A stretch of 63,988 nucleotides of DNA, filler included, from Octopus bimaculoides (GCF_001194135.2; 6 parts of 6 records of this genome joined end to end with filler, not necessarily neighbours in it), one strand, 5' to 3'. Shown: positions 24,422 to 37,245, numbered from the whole stretch's first letter. A program made the numbers and translations. The notes: a model not told the origin generated them from the letters alone.

Positions 24422-25548
24422 CAGTTATAACATGCGTTTTCTCCATTCCTTAAATTCTTAAATATATATATATATATATATANNNNNNNNNNNNNNNNNN
24501 NNNNNNNNNNNNNNNNNNNNNNNNNNNNNNNNNNNNNNNNNNNNNNNNNNNNNNNNNNNNNNNNNNNNNNNNNNNNNNNNNNNNNNNNNNNNNNNNNNNN
24601 NNNNNNNNNNNNNNNNNNNNNNNNNNNNNNNNNNNNNNNNNNNNNNNNNNNNNNNNNNNNNNNNNNNNNNNNNNNNNNNNNNNNNNNNNAAATACACACA
24701 CACAGACACATATATGTAGAGATACACACACACATATATTTGTTATTGTGAGGATATAGATACTTCTTGAAGGGATGTAAAATGCAGGATTTGGATATGG
24801 AAACAATTGTAGGTATTATGAAATTGACAATATTTAATAAATTGATGTTTATCTGTTAAACTCTCCAGGCTGGATCTTGGGATCTGTGTTAGGGTACTGT
24901 TATAGCAGGTATATATTATATTAGAGGAAAAATCAAAACCAAGGCAGAACGGGTATCTCAAGTCATTTAGAATAATTTAATTAGGGTAATGTGAATTTGA
25001 AGTCTTACAGCCATTTCTGGGATAAACCAAGAAGTAGGTTATTATGCCCACTCAACTGAGTATTCCGTAATCAAGGACAAGGTATGATTATCTTGGACAG
25101 GGAAAATTTACAGTTTACAAGGAATAAAATTCACAGTTTATAAGCAATAAGATAGAAGAATAAAGAGTAAAGATAGTTAGAAGAATATTGGCAGGAGAAT
25201 AATGTTCACAACTCATCTTTTTCCAAAGGATATGGATGTTGTCTGTACTTCCATTAAAGTACAGGTCTTTAGTTAAAATCCTAGGTAAATCCAGGCAGTA
25301 TTTTGAATGATATATTCATATTGTAAATGTGTATATAGAGCGAGGAAGATAAACATAAATGGATTTTATGAGTGGATGTATATAGGAGAGAGTGGAGAAA
25401 GGAATAAAAATAAGATAGGGGCAAAAGGGTAAAAATAAGAAAAGATAAAAATAAAATGAAAGCAAATGTAATGATAGAGATATCATAAATGGATTTTGTG
25501 AGAAAGTGGAGAAAGGAGTAAAAATAAAAATAAGATGGAGTAAAAGGG

Positions 25549-26136
25549 TGGCTAAACGGCAGTAGTGTGTTCCCTTATTGGGGTTGTCACATTAAGTTGA
25601 CAATACACTACAACTTTATCGCTCCACTACTGCTTAAATCTCTCTGAGAGATTTAGAAATATTATATTTCTAAGAAANNNNNNNNNNNNNNNNNNNNNNN
25701 NNNNNNNNNNNNNNNNNNNNNNNNNNNNNNNNNNNNNNNNNNNNNNNNNNNNNNNNNNNNNNNNNNNNNNNNNNNNNNNNNNNNNNNNNNNNNNNNNNNN
25801 NNNNNNNNNNNNNNNNNNNNNNNNNNNNNNNNNNNNNNNNNNNNNNNNNNNNNNNNNNNNNNNNNNNNNNNNNNNNNNNNNNNNNNNNNNNNNNNNNNNN
25901 NNNNNNNNNNNNNNNNNNNNNNNNNNNNNNNNNNNNNNNNNNNNNNNNNNNNNNNNNNNNNNNNNNNNNNNNNNNNNNNNNNNNNNNNNNNNNNNNNNNN
26001 NNNNNNNTGGCTAAACGGCAGTAGTGTGTTCCCTTATTGGGGTTGTCACATTAAGTTGACAATACACTACAACTTTATCGCTCCACTACTGCTTAAATCT
26101 CTCTGAGAGATTTAGAAATATTATATTTCTAAGAAA
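25549..26136 (+). mobile_element. 3' part of the structured family-R element, present twice across a gap
   Basis: 25549-25677 is identical to 26008-26136; both match 32053-32175 (minus). Confidence 0.75.
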
Positions 26137-26479
26137 TAAAATAAAATAATAAAGATAATGAAGATATGTCAGAATTGCATCGGGGTGAGAGGTCAAATGT
26201 TAAAGTCTCAGTAAAGTAGGGGTAGAAGGCCATTCTAGATAAGGTTGCAAAGGACAATAGAATAGTGGTTCGTACAGATATTTAAAACTATATTTCAAGC
26301 TTAATAGTAATTTAATGGTATGGGGATAAGGGATTAAGAATTAAAACTTAAAATTAAAACTTAGAACCTATAATTGCAAGAAAAATAAAACCTAACACCT
26401 ACAAAAAATTAAAAATTATTGAATTGAAACTAGCTAGCTTCTAAGATATTCATATTGATAGAGAGGTAGAAGAAAAGGA

Positions 26480-27003
26480 AGTCTAGACTTAGGATGAATC
26501 AGTAAGGATATACTAGACAGTATAATACCTATAGTTAGAAAAAAATTAGTCAATTTATGGTCCTGCACAGGTGAAGTTATTACCTGGTTTCACCTCGAAA
26601 ACAAAACACTTCCTCATTCCTACAATTTGATATCAACAATTACTACACTTCTATATCCCCTATCCTCCTTAACAAAGCTCTCATTCTAGCTAAAAACCTA
26701 ACTAACTTGGCTCCCTTAGAAATAGATGTAATTCTACTGCCAGAAAGACACTAATTTCCTTCAATGATAAGCTTTGGTGCTGAGATACCCACAATAATAA
26801 CTTCTTTGATATAATCATGGGTTCCACTGACTCTGCTCAGGTCACAAATCTGGTCCAACTATATCTCCTCCAGCAACTTTGCATGTATTTCCCTAACCTT
26901 AAGTGGGGCTTGTATAGGGATGATGCATTGTTGGTTACAACGGGCCTAAATAAATCCAAATTAGAGGAAACTATAAAAAACTTACATAACATATATACTT
27001 GAA
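26480..27003 (+). mobile_element. Penelope-like RT fragment (decayed)
   Basis: ISKDILDSIIPIVRKKLVNLWSCTGEVITWF, QFDINNYY, NKALILAK, FDIIMGSTDSAQVTNLVQLYLL and GLYRDDALLV. Confidence 0.85.
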
Positions 27004-27368
27004 TAATAGTTGATCTCATGTAAAAGTTGACCCCCTATTTTTGGCCCCAAAATTGGGAATTTTCCATAAACCCCATCTAAAAGTCGACCCTAGTATTTCA
27101 TGAACAGCAGGACATTATTTGTGGACCAAGGTACCATATTATCCCGTACGTAGAAATAACACTGTTACAAAATTGTGTGGCTACCTTACTGTAGCCTGCT
27201 CTATAGGTGGAATGCTTGGTGCTTATAATGGAATGCTCAGTGATTATAGTAAAATACCATTTAATAGCAAGCACTATACATCTGTTGATAGGTGCTAAAA
27301 TGTATGCTCAGGATATGCTGCAAACCTGTATACATCTTGAAGCACAATAAACACATGTCATACACTTG

Positions 27369-27684
27369 TTGTTTACATGGTGAGAAATGTGTTCCACAGA
27401 CAGCACTATTGGTGAACACTGGCAAACACCACTGTCTGAATTCATACAAAGGCATGACTTTGATAAACCTACAAACATTCAATTAGTCACTAGATCAGTG
27501 GTTCCCATGTGACCTTTATATTTTCCTCATCTCCAAATACAATGAAAATATGCGTCATCTGCTTGTCTGTTTACATGGTGAGAAATATGTTTCACAGACA
27601 ACACTATTGGCGAACAACAGCAAACACCACTGTATGAATTCGTACAGAGGTATGACTTCAGTGAGCCTAAACAACATTTAGTTA
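27369..27684. repeat. Diverged ~115-bp direct repeat, period ~198 bp
   Basis: GTTTACATGGTGAGAAAT..ACCACTGT(C/A)TGAATTC at 27371-27486 and 27569-27684. Confidence 0.9.
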
Positions 27685-27784
27685 TTTGCTAGATTAAACT
27701 TTTTTTGCTGTGGAATCCTTCAAAATTATTTTTTAAAACGTGGAACCCCTGATAACTTTCAGGGAACCCTGGGGTTTTGCAGAA
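27496..27784. mobile_element. hAT/Charlie-like MITE remnants
   Basis: CAGTGGTTCCCA TIR-like start at 27496; GGAACCCC..GGAACCCTGGGGTT subterminal motifs before the gap. Confidence 0.4.
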
Positions 27785-27884
27785 NNNNNNNNNNNNNNNN
27801 NNNNNNNNNNNNNNNNNNNNNNNNNNNNNNNNNNNNNNNNNNNNNNNNNNNNNNNNNNNNNNNNNNNNNNNNNNNNNNNNNNNN

Positions 27885-27915
<31 letters not shown>

Positions 27916-28184
27916 CATATATACATACACATATATACACACACACATATATACACACACATATATACACACAAACACACATATATACACACAAACACAC
28001 ATATATACACACACACATATATATGAAGAGAGAGAGAATAAAAAAAGAATACCTGAAACATCACCAGTTGTTCGATTAACTGAATTATTAGAGTGAAAGT
28101 GACTGAGTATTCCAGACACTTGTAAGCATTTACATAATTCTGATGTAGAATAAATGCGATAGTGTGTACAAAGGATGATCACAG

Positions 28185-28335
28185 TCCTTGGGACTCTACA
28201 GTTTCCGTCGTCTGAATCCATAAGGCTTGGTATAGTTTCAGGTTACGGTAAAAAAAAAAAAACATTCGGCCAACATACCACGAAGTGGGAAGGAACCCGA
28301 GTTCTCATAATTGCAAAGTGAACTTCTTAAACATT
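28185..28335 (-). mobile_element. Decayed SINE family C, 5' part
   Basis: Reverse complement resembles the family C head and GACGGAAACTG motif. Confidence 0.5.
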
Positions 28336-29859
28336 CGATCATTTCTCTCTCTCTCTCTCGATGGATAGACAGACAGACAGACAGACAGACAGATAGATAG
28401 ATAGATAGATAGATAGACACGTTTATTAATGTATATCACACACAAACACACAAGTATACACACATATCAATCTAGATACAGCCTCTATATGTGTGTGAGC
28501 GTGTGTGTGTGTGTTTAGAGAGAGACCAACAAGCCGAAACGTTTTTGTCGAGGTAAAAACTAAGAGAGAAGGATATGGGAAGTCAAATATGAAAATTAAA
28601 GAAGGAAACTCGTGGTGAATACAAATAACAATTAAGTGAAAGATTTAATAAACACCAAACAAGGGAGGGTTGATAATTGAGTGGTTATTATTCTAGAAAA
28701 GCTATTTTCTACGAGAAAGTGAAGCGGCAATGATAAAAGGCGGAGAAACCGCAAAAAAAAATCTCCAGGAAAAGATTTGTTGTCGTCTCAATAGAAACAT
28801 TAATAGTTTTAATTTTAAAACACATTCTTAACAGAAAAGATAAAATTATAAAAATAAAAAAAAGAGTAGTGTTACGCACCTTCAGCCTGTGTAAGCAAAT
28901 AGCAACCGCATAAATGGAAAATATATCCTAATAAAGCGCAGTGGATGATGATGGCGTGCTGTCGTGAAGAAAGATAGAGTAAGAACAATGAGATGGTAGC
29001 AAGCAGAAAGGTGTATGTTCCTTTATCTTTTCATCTCTCACCACCACTCACTGTTGCTGAGAAAAAAAAAGTAACAGCAGGAGTGAAGAGGAGGGGTCCA
29101 ATCTATTAGAACAACGTGAGCTGTGGACGGTCAATGTTGGGGATCAGAGTCCCTATGTTGCTTCGAAAAAAAAACGTTTCATCATACAGCCAAACCAAAG
29201 AATAAACATTAACTAAATATGAAACTTTTAAAAATGACAAGAAACAAAATAGAAAATGTCAAAAAAAGAAAAGGAAAACCTTCTTTTAAGCAATATTAAT
29301 TTTATTATATCAGTACAAACAATATATTTTTATTTATATTTTTTCCCAAAAAATTTCGTATTCAGAAGAAAGTTACCAGCGTAGCACTAAAAGAAATGTT
29401 TCTACCACGAAGGCTTTGATATGACGTAATGCAATTCTATTGGTTGATGGTCTTGTTGTACAGGTTTATTTACAGCCAACGGCTGCACGTTAATGTTGTA
29501 AGGTGACGAGGGCTGTCACACCCAATAATTTAGGCACGTTCCGCTGACACCTTCAGTATTCCTTTCGTTTGACGTCCTAAATCAGGCGTTTAAATCTACG
29601 TTGTTTTTTTCTGCCTGTTCCCATTAGCTGTGTTGAAATAAATCCATTGAAAATTTTTCGAAGGAAGTTAGTTCTGAAATAGGCTAGCGTCCTGTGCAGT
29701 GGATAGGTGAACTGACGACTAGTTGAAATCGATGGAACCTTTCAAACAAAAGATCTTCAAGCAAAGCAATATCTAACAGCTACAAGTGCAAAGGGAAGTG
29801 ACACCTGTCACATGAAATATTTTCCTATTTGAACCAAAAACAAAATTTAAAGATCTCAG

Positions 29860-30850
29860 ATGTATGAGAGTTAACCTTGAGTATAATTCTCAGTTCTCTC
29901 CTACTCATCATTCCAGTTCAGGCTATAACAGAGGAATTCAAGACTCGGAACTGCTATATGCTGATGATCTGGCTCTCTTTCCTGATTCTGTTACAGAACT
30001 AGAAAAATTCCTGGTGTGGAAGCAAAACCTGGAAGTAAAGAGCCTTAAGGTTAACTTAGCAATCAATAAGGTTCAAGTACGTAGACCCTAGCCCCATCAG
30101 GTAAATGGCCCAGCTTGATATATAGGAAAGGGCTATGCAAGAATTTTATATGGCGCATCAAGTGTGAGCTATGGACACACAAGAGGTGCAGTGGCGTAAT
30201 AGGAAAGTTATCAGAAAAAGTAGTGTATGTAGAAGATACACAGGATCCATAATGACTACAGATACTAAGATAACTGATTTCTTAAAGTGCTCCAGAGTCT
30301 CTTTAAAGAGAGAGTGGATAATTTCAGCTACCTAGGGGACTAATTAGCTGTGGCAAAGGATATACAGAAAGTGTAATTGTTAGAATAGAATGGAGGAAGA
30401 TCAGAAAGTTTTCACCTCCAGTGACAACAAAAAGTCCCTGTATCTCTCTCTCTCTCTGAGTGAAAGGAAGATTGTATGATGCTTGTGTGTGAACAGCAAT
30501 GCAACATGGTTGTGAGGAATGAAGCTAGTAAGCTCTGCTGGATGTGCAATGTCAGTGTACATGTGCGGTAGAGTGCTAGTGTATTGCAAGAAAAGTTAGG
30601 CACAACACGAATGAATGCAATGTGCAAAAGAGAAGACTGCACTGGTTTAGGCATGTAGTGCATATTAATACGGATAGTTGCATAAAGAAGTGTTGATCAT
30701 TTAAAGTAGAAGGAAGTTGTTGAAGAGGGAGACTCAGGAAGACATGGGACAAAGTACTGAAGGCCAATCTCAAGACACTGAGCTTTAGAAAAGAGATGAC
30801 AAAGGACTGAGATATCTGGTGCCTTGCTGTACTAAAAAAGAACTGTCCAT
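29860..30850 (+). mobile_element. RTE-clade LINE 3' fragment (decayed)
   Basis: ELLYADDLAL, LKVNLA, FSYLGD, VKGRLYDACV, RRLHWFRHV and GRLRKTWDKVLKANLK. Confidence 0.88.
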
Positions 30851-31699
30851 CACAGCAGAATTGATATCCTAAACCACCTTGGTTAATGCTTGGATGTGCG
30901 GGGTTCTGTTCTATGCTCACCTGCATCATCTCTATCCTGTCAACCTTCCCCACCACACATATACCTTTTATCCCCAAACACTCATCACCTATCTATCACC
31001 TGAGAGCAGAATAGATGCATACTACTTCCCCCCTACTTCTTTAGTTACTTCCTTCCCCACCCCCACCACAAACTACTTTCGTTTCCTGTTATTCCCCCCT
31101 GTCCCCACCTACTGTCTCTACCAATCACCTCCTCTCTATGACCTTTGTCCTCTGTGTTGTTCTCCATCATTAGCACCTCACTTATTCTGCTATCACCCTC
31201 AATGCTCTCAAATACCTACCACAACCCCCGCTCTTGGGACTCTCCTATATTTCACTCCATCATTTGACTCAGTCACCTCAACCCTGCCAACCCACCCAGT
31301 CCAGACCTCTGTATCACTCCACTTATTCTCACCACATCCAATGTCCCTTGAAAACATGTCCCAACACATTGTCACCACCTTCATCTTTCTCACTGTTGCT
31401 CTCATTATCTTACTCTAACACACCCTCTCACTTTATCCTACTCTCTAACTCATTCTCCTTTCTTTTTCAACTGGAGTATTCATGTATCTACTCTACAGCA
31501 GGACAATTACCTCTGTTCCTCTTTACCTCTAGTCTCTCATCAACTGACACAATGCCACCACACCCTCACTACAACTCCCTCCTCCCTGCTAAGCAGATTT
31601 TTGTCTTGTAAGTTACTCAGTGACCCTGTCATATACAGAGATTTATAATAGTGTAAAATACAATTATGGGCACAGAGGCTTCTGTGCTGAAGAAAGATA

Positions 31700-32005
31700 T
31701 GCTGGTTCCACATAAAAAGTACTGGTGCTGGTACCAGGTCAACATCACCAGGGCTGATTCCATGTAAAAAGCACTAGTGCTGATGCCACATAAAAAAAAC
31801 ACTGGTGCTAGTGCCTCATAAAAAGCACCCAATACACTCTGTAAAGTGGTTGCTTTAGGAAGGGCATCCAGTGATAGAAACCATACCAAAACAGACAATG
31901 GAGCCTGGTATGACCCCCAGCCTTACCAACCCTTGTCAAAGCATCCAACCCATGCCAGCATGGAAAGCAGACGTTAAATGATGATGAGGATGATGGCGAT
32001 GATGA
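31700..32005 (+). mobile_element. SINE with RTE-type tail and (TGA)n end; central domain resembles Meta/MESC
   Basis: GTGGTTGCTTTAGGAAGGGCATCCAG domain; CCAACCCATGCCAGCATGGAAAGCAGACGTTAAATGATGATG tail. The domain name is recalled, not verified. Confidence 0.7.
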
Positions 32006-32009
32006 AGGT

Positions 32010-32052
<43 letters not shown>

Positions 32053-32056
<4 letters not shown>

Positions 32057-32340
32057 TATCACATTTCTAAATCTCTCAGAGAGATTCAAGCAGTAGTGAT
32101 GCGATAAAGTTGTAGTATATTGTCAACTTAATGTGACAATCCCAATAAGGGAATATACTACTGCTGTTTAGCCCTAGGAAGCTGGACCACTTCCTGTCGG
32201 CCTTGACACAATTACTGTGTCCTTATGTTTGCGAGGAGGAGACAAACTCCTCCACCCAGCCTAGCCAGCATTCAGGGACATGTTTCTGAGTCTTTGCTCG
32301 TCATCAGCCTGAAGTAGCATGACCAGCTGGTTGATAAATT
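32053..32340 (-). mobile_element. Structured non-coding hammerhead element (family R; retrozyme/pLTR-like)
   Basis: HHR followed by at least six hairpins; homologous fragments at 21500-21580, 25549-26136 and 55560-55680. Confidence 0.7.
32271..32313 (-). ncRNA. Minimal type I hammerhead ribozyme
   Basis: UUCAGG-CUGAUGA-C-GAG(CAAAGA)CUC-A-GAAA-C-AU-GUC-CCUGAA: perfect 6-bp stem I, GUC site, palindromic ACAUGU stem III; C.A mismatch at the base of stem II. Confidence 0.82.
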
Positions 32341-32531
32341 TTTATTATGATCACTAAGGATCGAATACAAAGATGGGTACAATACAGAACAAACAAATAA
32401 ACAAAATGTATGAGTTTGTATGATCAGTTAAATATTAATAATTGTCTTTATATTTACAATTCATATGTTCGTTGACCTTTTTTTTTCCCCCTTTCAATTA
32501 TACAGACATACATATGCATACACACACACAC

Positions 32532-32574
<43 letters not shown>

Positions 32575-32644
32575 TATATACATACATACACACACACATA
32601 CATACACACACATACACACACATACATACATACACACACATGTA

Positions 32645-34383
32645 TATATATTTTATAATAAAAAGATTGGGTTTTTCAACCCGGCAGCCTATAAGGCCCA
32701 GCAGCTCACCTTTTATTTTTTTGATGATTAGTTTGGGTGACACCTACCTTTTTCACCACTTCCTTCCATCTCTGTTCATATACTCTAGCTGACAGGGTTC
32801 TCTTTTCCAGCCCTATCTTGCTCTTCAGATGGTATTTGAAGTAAGTCAGCAATCCAGGACCGGGCATGTAGTACCCTGTCACCAAACCTTCCATTCTTGT
32901 CCTCCATATGCACTCTTTCAACACTGCTACCGTACAGAAAAAGCAAGCCTCACCTTCCTTTGAGAGTCCAGTTGGCGGTATCATCTTTATCATAGACCNN
33001 NNNNNNNNNNNNNNNNNNNNNNNNNNNNNNNNNNNNNNNNNNNNNNNNNNNNNNNNNNNNNNNNNNNNNNNNNNNNNNNNNNNNNNNNNNNNNNNNNNNN
33101 NNNNNNNNNNNNNNNNNNNNNNNNNNNNNNNNNNNNNNNNNNNNNNNNNNNNNNNNNNNNNNNNNNNNNNNNNNNNNNNNNNNNNNNNNNNNNNNNNNNN
33201 NNNNNNNNNNNNNNNNNNNNNNNNNNNNNNNNNNNNNNNNNNNNNNNNNNNNNNNNNNNNNNNNNNNNNNNNNNNNNNNNNNNNNNNNNNNNNNNNNNNN
33301 NNNNNNNNNNNNNNNNNNNNNNNNNNNNNNNNNNNNNNNNNNNNNNNNNNNNNNNNNNNNNNNNNNNNNNNNNNNNNNNNNNNNNNNNNNNNNNNNNNNN
33401 NNNNNNNNNNNNNNNNNNNNNNNNNNNNNNNNNNNNNNNNNNNNNNNNNNNNNNNNNNNNNNNNNNNNNNNNNNNNNNNNNNNNNNNNNNNNNNNNNNNN
33501 NNNNNNNNNNNNNNNNNNNNNNNNNNNNNNNNNNNNNNNNNNNNNNNNNNNNNNNNNNNNNNNNNNNNNNNNNNNNNNNNNNNNNNNNNNNNNNNNNNNN
33601 NNNNNNNNNNNNNNNNNNNNNNNNNNNNNNNNNNNNNNNNNNNNNNNNNNNNNNNNNNNNNNNNNNNNNNNNNNNNNNNNNNNNNNNNNNNNNNNNNNNN
33701 NNNNNNNNNNNNNNNNNNNNNNNNNNNNNNNNNNNNNNNNNNNNNNNNNNNNNNNNNNNNNNNNNNNNNNNNNNNNNNNNNNNNNNNNNNNNNNNNATCT
33801 TCGGAGAGCCTCTTCTACACGAGGTAGTTGTGCTTCTTTAGACACGATGAGAGTAACGTCATCAGCATAAGCAGAAGTGAACTTACCGCATCCAATCTCA
33901 TTAGGGATGTTGCCCAACTTCTCCAGCCTCCGCAGCAATGACTCCAGGGCCAAGACGTACAGGACCGGGGACAAGGGACACCCTTGATGAACAGACCGCT
34001 TGATCGAAAACGGCTCCGTTAGGTAACCGTTTATCTGGATGGTGGACTTGATGCCGCTGTACANNNNNNNNNNGTTAGGTAACCGTTTATCTGGATGGTG
34101 GACTTGATGCCGCTGTACATAGCGGAGATCCACCCACGAAAGCCTGGGCCCAGCCCAGCCGCTTCGAGGACGGCCACCAGGTACCGATGGTCTACCCTAT
34201 CGAATGCTTTACTTTGGTCTAAGTGGACCAATGCCCCTCCTTTGCCGGTTAATTTCCCAACCCTGTCTAAGGTGTAGCGGAGAAGGTGAAGGTTGTCCTG
34301 GATTTACCTGCCTGGGATTGCACAGGTTTGTGTCTTCCCGACAAGCTTCTCCATGACAGCCGTCAACCTTTTAGCTAACACCT
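32645..34383 (-). mobile_element. L1/Tx1-clade LINE: RT, C-terminus and 3' UTR (gapped)
   Basis: LDQSKAFDRVDH, QGCPLSPVLY and SAYADDVT; one in-frame stop at 34304-34306; 46-bp duplication across the 10-N gap is an artefact. Confidence 0.92.
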
Positions 34384-34483
34384 NNNNNNNNNNNNNNNNN
34401 NNNNNNNNNNNNNNNNNNNNNNNNNNNTTAATTAATTAANNNNNNNNNNNNNNNNNNNNNNNNNNNNNNNNNNNNNNNNNNNN

Positions 34484-34758
34484 TGGAATCTAAAAACAGA
34501 AACAATTCCTATCATAGTAGGTGCCTTAGGTATAATAAAAAAATATTCAGACAAATACATAACAAAAACACCAGGACTTACAAATATATATAACATACAG
34601 AAAATTGCACTACTGGGTACTGCACACATTCTACGCAAAACACTTTCAATACAGTAAACATAAGAGCACCACAGCAAACCACAGCACATACCCAAGGCGC
34701 ACAGAGCTGCGCTCGGTAGTGAAGTGAAAGTACGTTATAAAAATAAAACTACTGAATG

Positions 34759-34809
<51 letters not shown>
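34484..34809 (+). mobile_element. Young RLE-type LINE 3' end with 3' UTR hairpin and (TAA)n tail
   Basis: Open frame WNLKTETIPIIVGALG..KIALLGTAHILRKTLSIQ* (34484-34657); GCGCA/TGCGC hairpin 34697-34712; (TAA)n 34759-34809. Confidence 0.88.
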
Positions 34810-34894
34810 TCTGCCCTAGGTGTACTGAAAACACTCGGCGAGAAATGGGAAAAAATTTGAAGAAAGAAGAAAAAAAACATAATAATAATAATAA

Positions 34895-35440
34895 TTCTCA
34901 TATAGTAAGTATAAAAAGTATACAAGTAATGACATGATAATCTCGGGAGAGCAATCCACTGGGAGCTATGTAGAAAGCAAGGATTTGAACACACTGATAA
35001 ATGGTATGGACGTGAAAATAGTAAAGTACTAGACAGTAACAAATATAAGATGTGGGATTTTAGCATTCTGACTGACACAAGTAACAGAAGCTAGGAAGCC
35101 TGATTCGGTAATAGTACCTAATAGTAGTAGATAACGACAATAGTGCCAGACAATTGAATTTACAGTTCTAAATGATGAAACTATTAATATGAGAAGTATA
35201 AGAAAAAATAGCAAAGTGACAAGACCTAGCTATTGAATTACAGAGACTATGGAAAGTGTAGGTGGAATGCATGCCAGTAGTTATAGGTGCATTGGGAACA
35301 ATCCCTAAAGATCTGAACAGATGGATAGAGGAACTAGGCGAAACTCAGTTTAGTACAGCTTCAGAAAACATCGTTGCTAGGGACAGCGAGAATAATTTGG
35401 AGGGTTTGGGGCATCTATGATTACTTGTTGCAGTCCGATG
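34895..35440 (+). mobile_element. Older RLE-type LINE C-terminal fragment
   Basis: HDNLGRAIHWELCRK, WDFSILTD, RKPD, QDLAIELQRLWK, PVVIGALGTIPKDL and LLGTARIIWRV. Confidence 0.88.
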
Positions 35441-37198
35441 TTAGAATTCTTTCCTTTTCCAAGCCTAATCTGTTGAGTGTATATGAAAACAGTACTAATA
35501 AGAATAATTACAATACACAAATAAACATACATATCTATATCTATTTCTATCTATCTATATGTGTGTGTGTGTGTGTATATGTGTGTGTGTATGTATGTAT
35601 GTATGCATGCATATGTATGCATAATGCAGATTTATACACACACACACACATATGTCTCTATGTATGTTGCGCCTGCAGGTTTATGTTTTTTTGTTCCTGT
35701 AGTGTCTGGTCCAGCTTTCTAGTAATCTGTAATCACGCTTAATATGTCAGTTTGTGTGTGTATGTTTGTGTGTCTGAGTATATATGTGAATGTATGTATA
35801 TACGTACAAATGTATCTATCTATCTAGCATATTAATGATCAGATCATACAGATCATAAACTCATAATTTCTAAGACATAACATTTTTTTTTATATAAAAA
35901 CTATATATCTCTGCTAAAATCTTCTGTTAAAAAAATATTGTCTTCAAGGAAAGATAAAAGAACTAATAGTCTATGCTGAAAGTCTAATTTTTTTTTTCCT
36001 GAAATCTCATCGATTTTATAAAACATGAAACATAAATGATTAATCGGTTTCTGATGTCGGCCGAACAACAATGAACAAATATACTCTGGTAAATGTACAT
36101 TTTCAGCTGTATTACATCAGGCACCAACATCTGTGCTTTTTCTGATCTGCCATTATTTGTCTTCTCATTATTTGAATCATATTGTTAGGAATTCAAATAT
36201 CGTTTGTCTCTATTTGTTGTAAGAAATATTGGTTTAGTTGGTTCGAATTGATACGTTATTATTCGCGTTTAGTTTTTGTTTCTTTTGTTAAATTTGCATA
36301 TAATTCATTGGATTTCAAAATACCTACACAGCTTCAAATCAATAGTTATTGGATAAAGATTATCTTGAATTTATTATTTTAGCTACATCTTTACTTCTAC
36401 AGAGATTCTTTCATTTTATATGATCGTAAAATGTTACCTATAAAAAGCTATATATTAATATAAGTATCTTCCGTGTGCACGTTATCTGAATGCTGCTATC
36501 AGAATTTCTCATCTCGTACGCCTGCGTATATTTAGGATGTTAATTTTTATGCTGATATTACGTTGATTTTCAAGAATTTGTTTAAATATAAAAGCATGTT
36601 GGCACATTTCCGGGTATATTCTAATGTTTATAGTGCAGTAGCAATGAAACTTTGCTTTTTCGAGGACTCCGAGAGATTTATGAAGAGTTCAGGCTCGAAT
36701 GCACGCAACGCAGTGAACCGTGTTAAAGCACTCCAGAACTTGTAATATTTTTAAATCGGCCAAGTGTGTTACGAAATATTAAGGCTTCGACAAGAATTCA
36801 GGACACACGAATATGAAAGAATTACTACGGTATTTTAAACTCGATACAATAGTAATTCCCATTCCACACTGCCACAGCTGTTACCTATGTTTTGAACAAG
36901 ATAGGATAAACATAAAAAAAAAATGACCTTGCCAAAACTTCAATACACAACATAAAGAGCCTTAGTAAATTACTGAAATTATCAGGCGATCTCATATGCC
37001 ACCTAATTCGATATTATGATACCTTTTCTCTACTAGTATGTTGTTCTGTATATCCAGCAATAGCATCACGTTAATTATATACTACCCCCAGTCGGTCATT
37101 CCTAGACATGTTTAATGCGTCTGACTGTGACTAAAGTTAAGTATAGTGGAATTATTTTACATGAATATCTATACAAAGATACATACACAGAAACACGC

Positions 37199-37245
<47 letters not shown>

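Noticed and set aside
25549-26136. Apparent tandem repeat (possible retrozyme multimer)
   Set aside because: The 129-bp copies are identical and coincide exactly with contig ends; most likely an unmerged overlap. Long reads would settle it.
29400-29600. Promoter-like cluster (TGACGTAA, ATTGG, TGACGTC)
   Set aside because: Short motifs expected by chance; no linked gene.
30879-31611. 179-aa and 125-aa ORFs in CT-rich sequence
   Set aside because: Low complexity, no recognisable domain or splice context.
34018-34119. 46-bp duplication in the RT
   Set aside because: Flanks a 10-N gap; overlap artefact.
36634-36726. Exon-like CSSNETLLFRGLREIYEEFRLECTQRSEPC* and HHR-like TGAAGAGTTCAGGCTCGAAT
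   Set aside because: No supporting neighbouring exons; the HHR lacks the CUGA start, GAAA and stem I.
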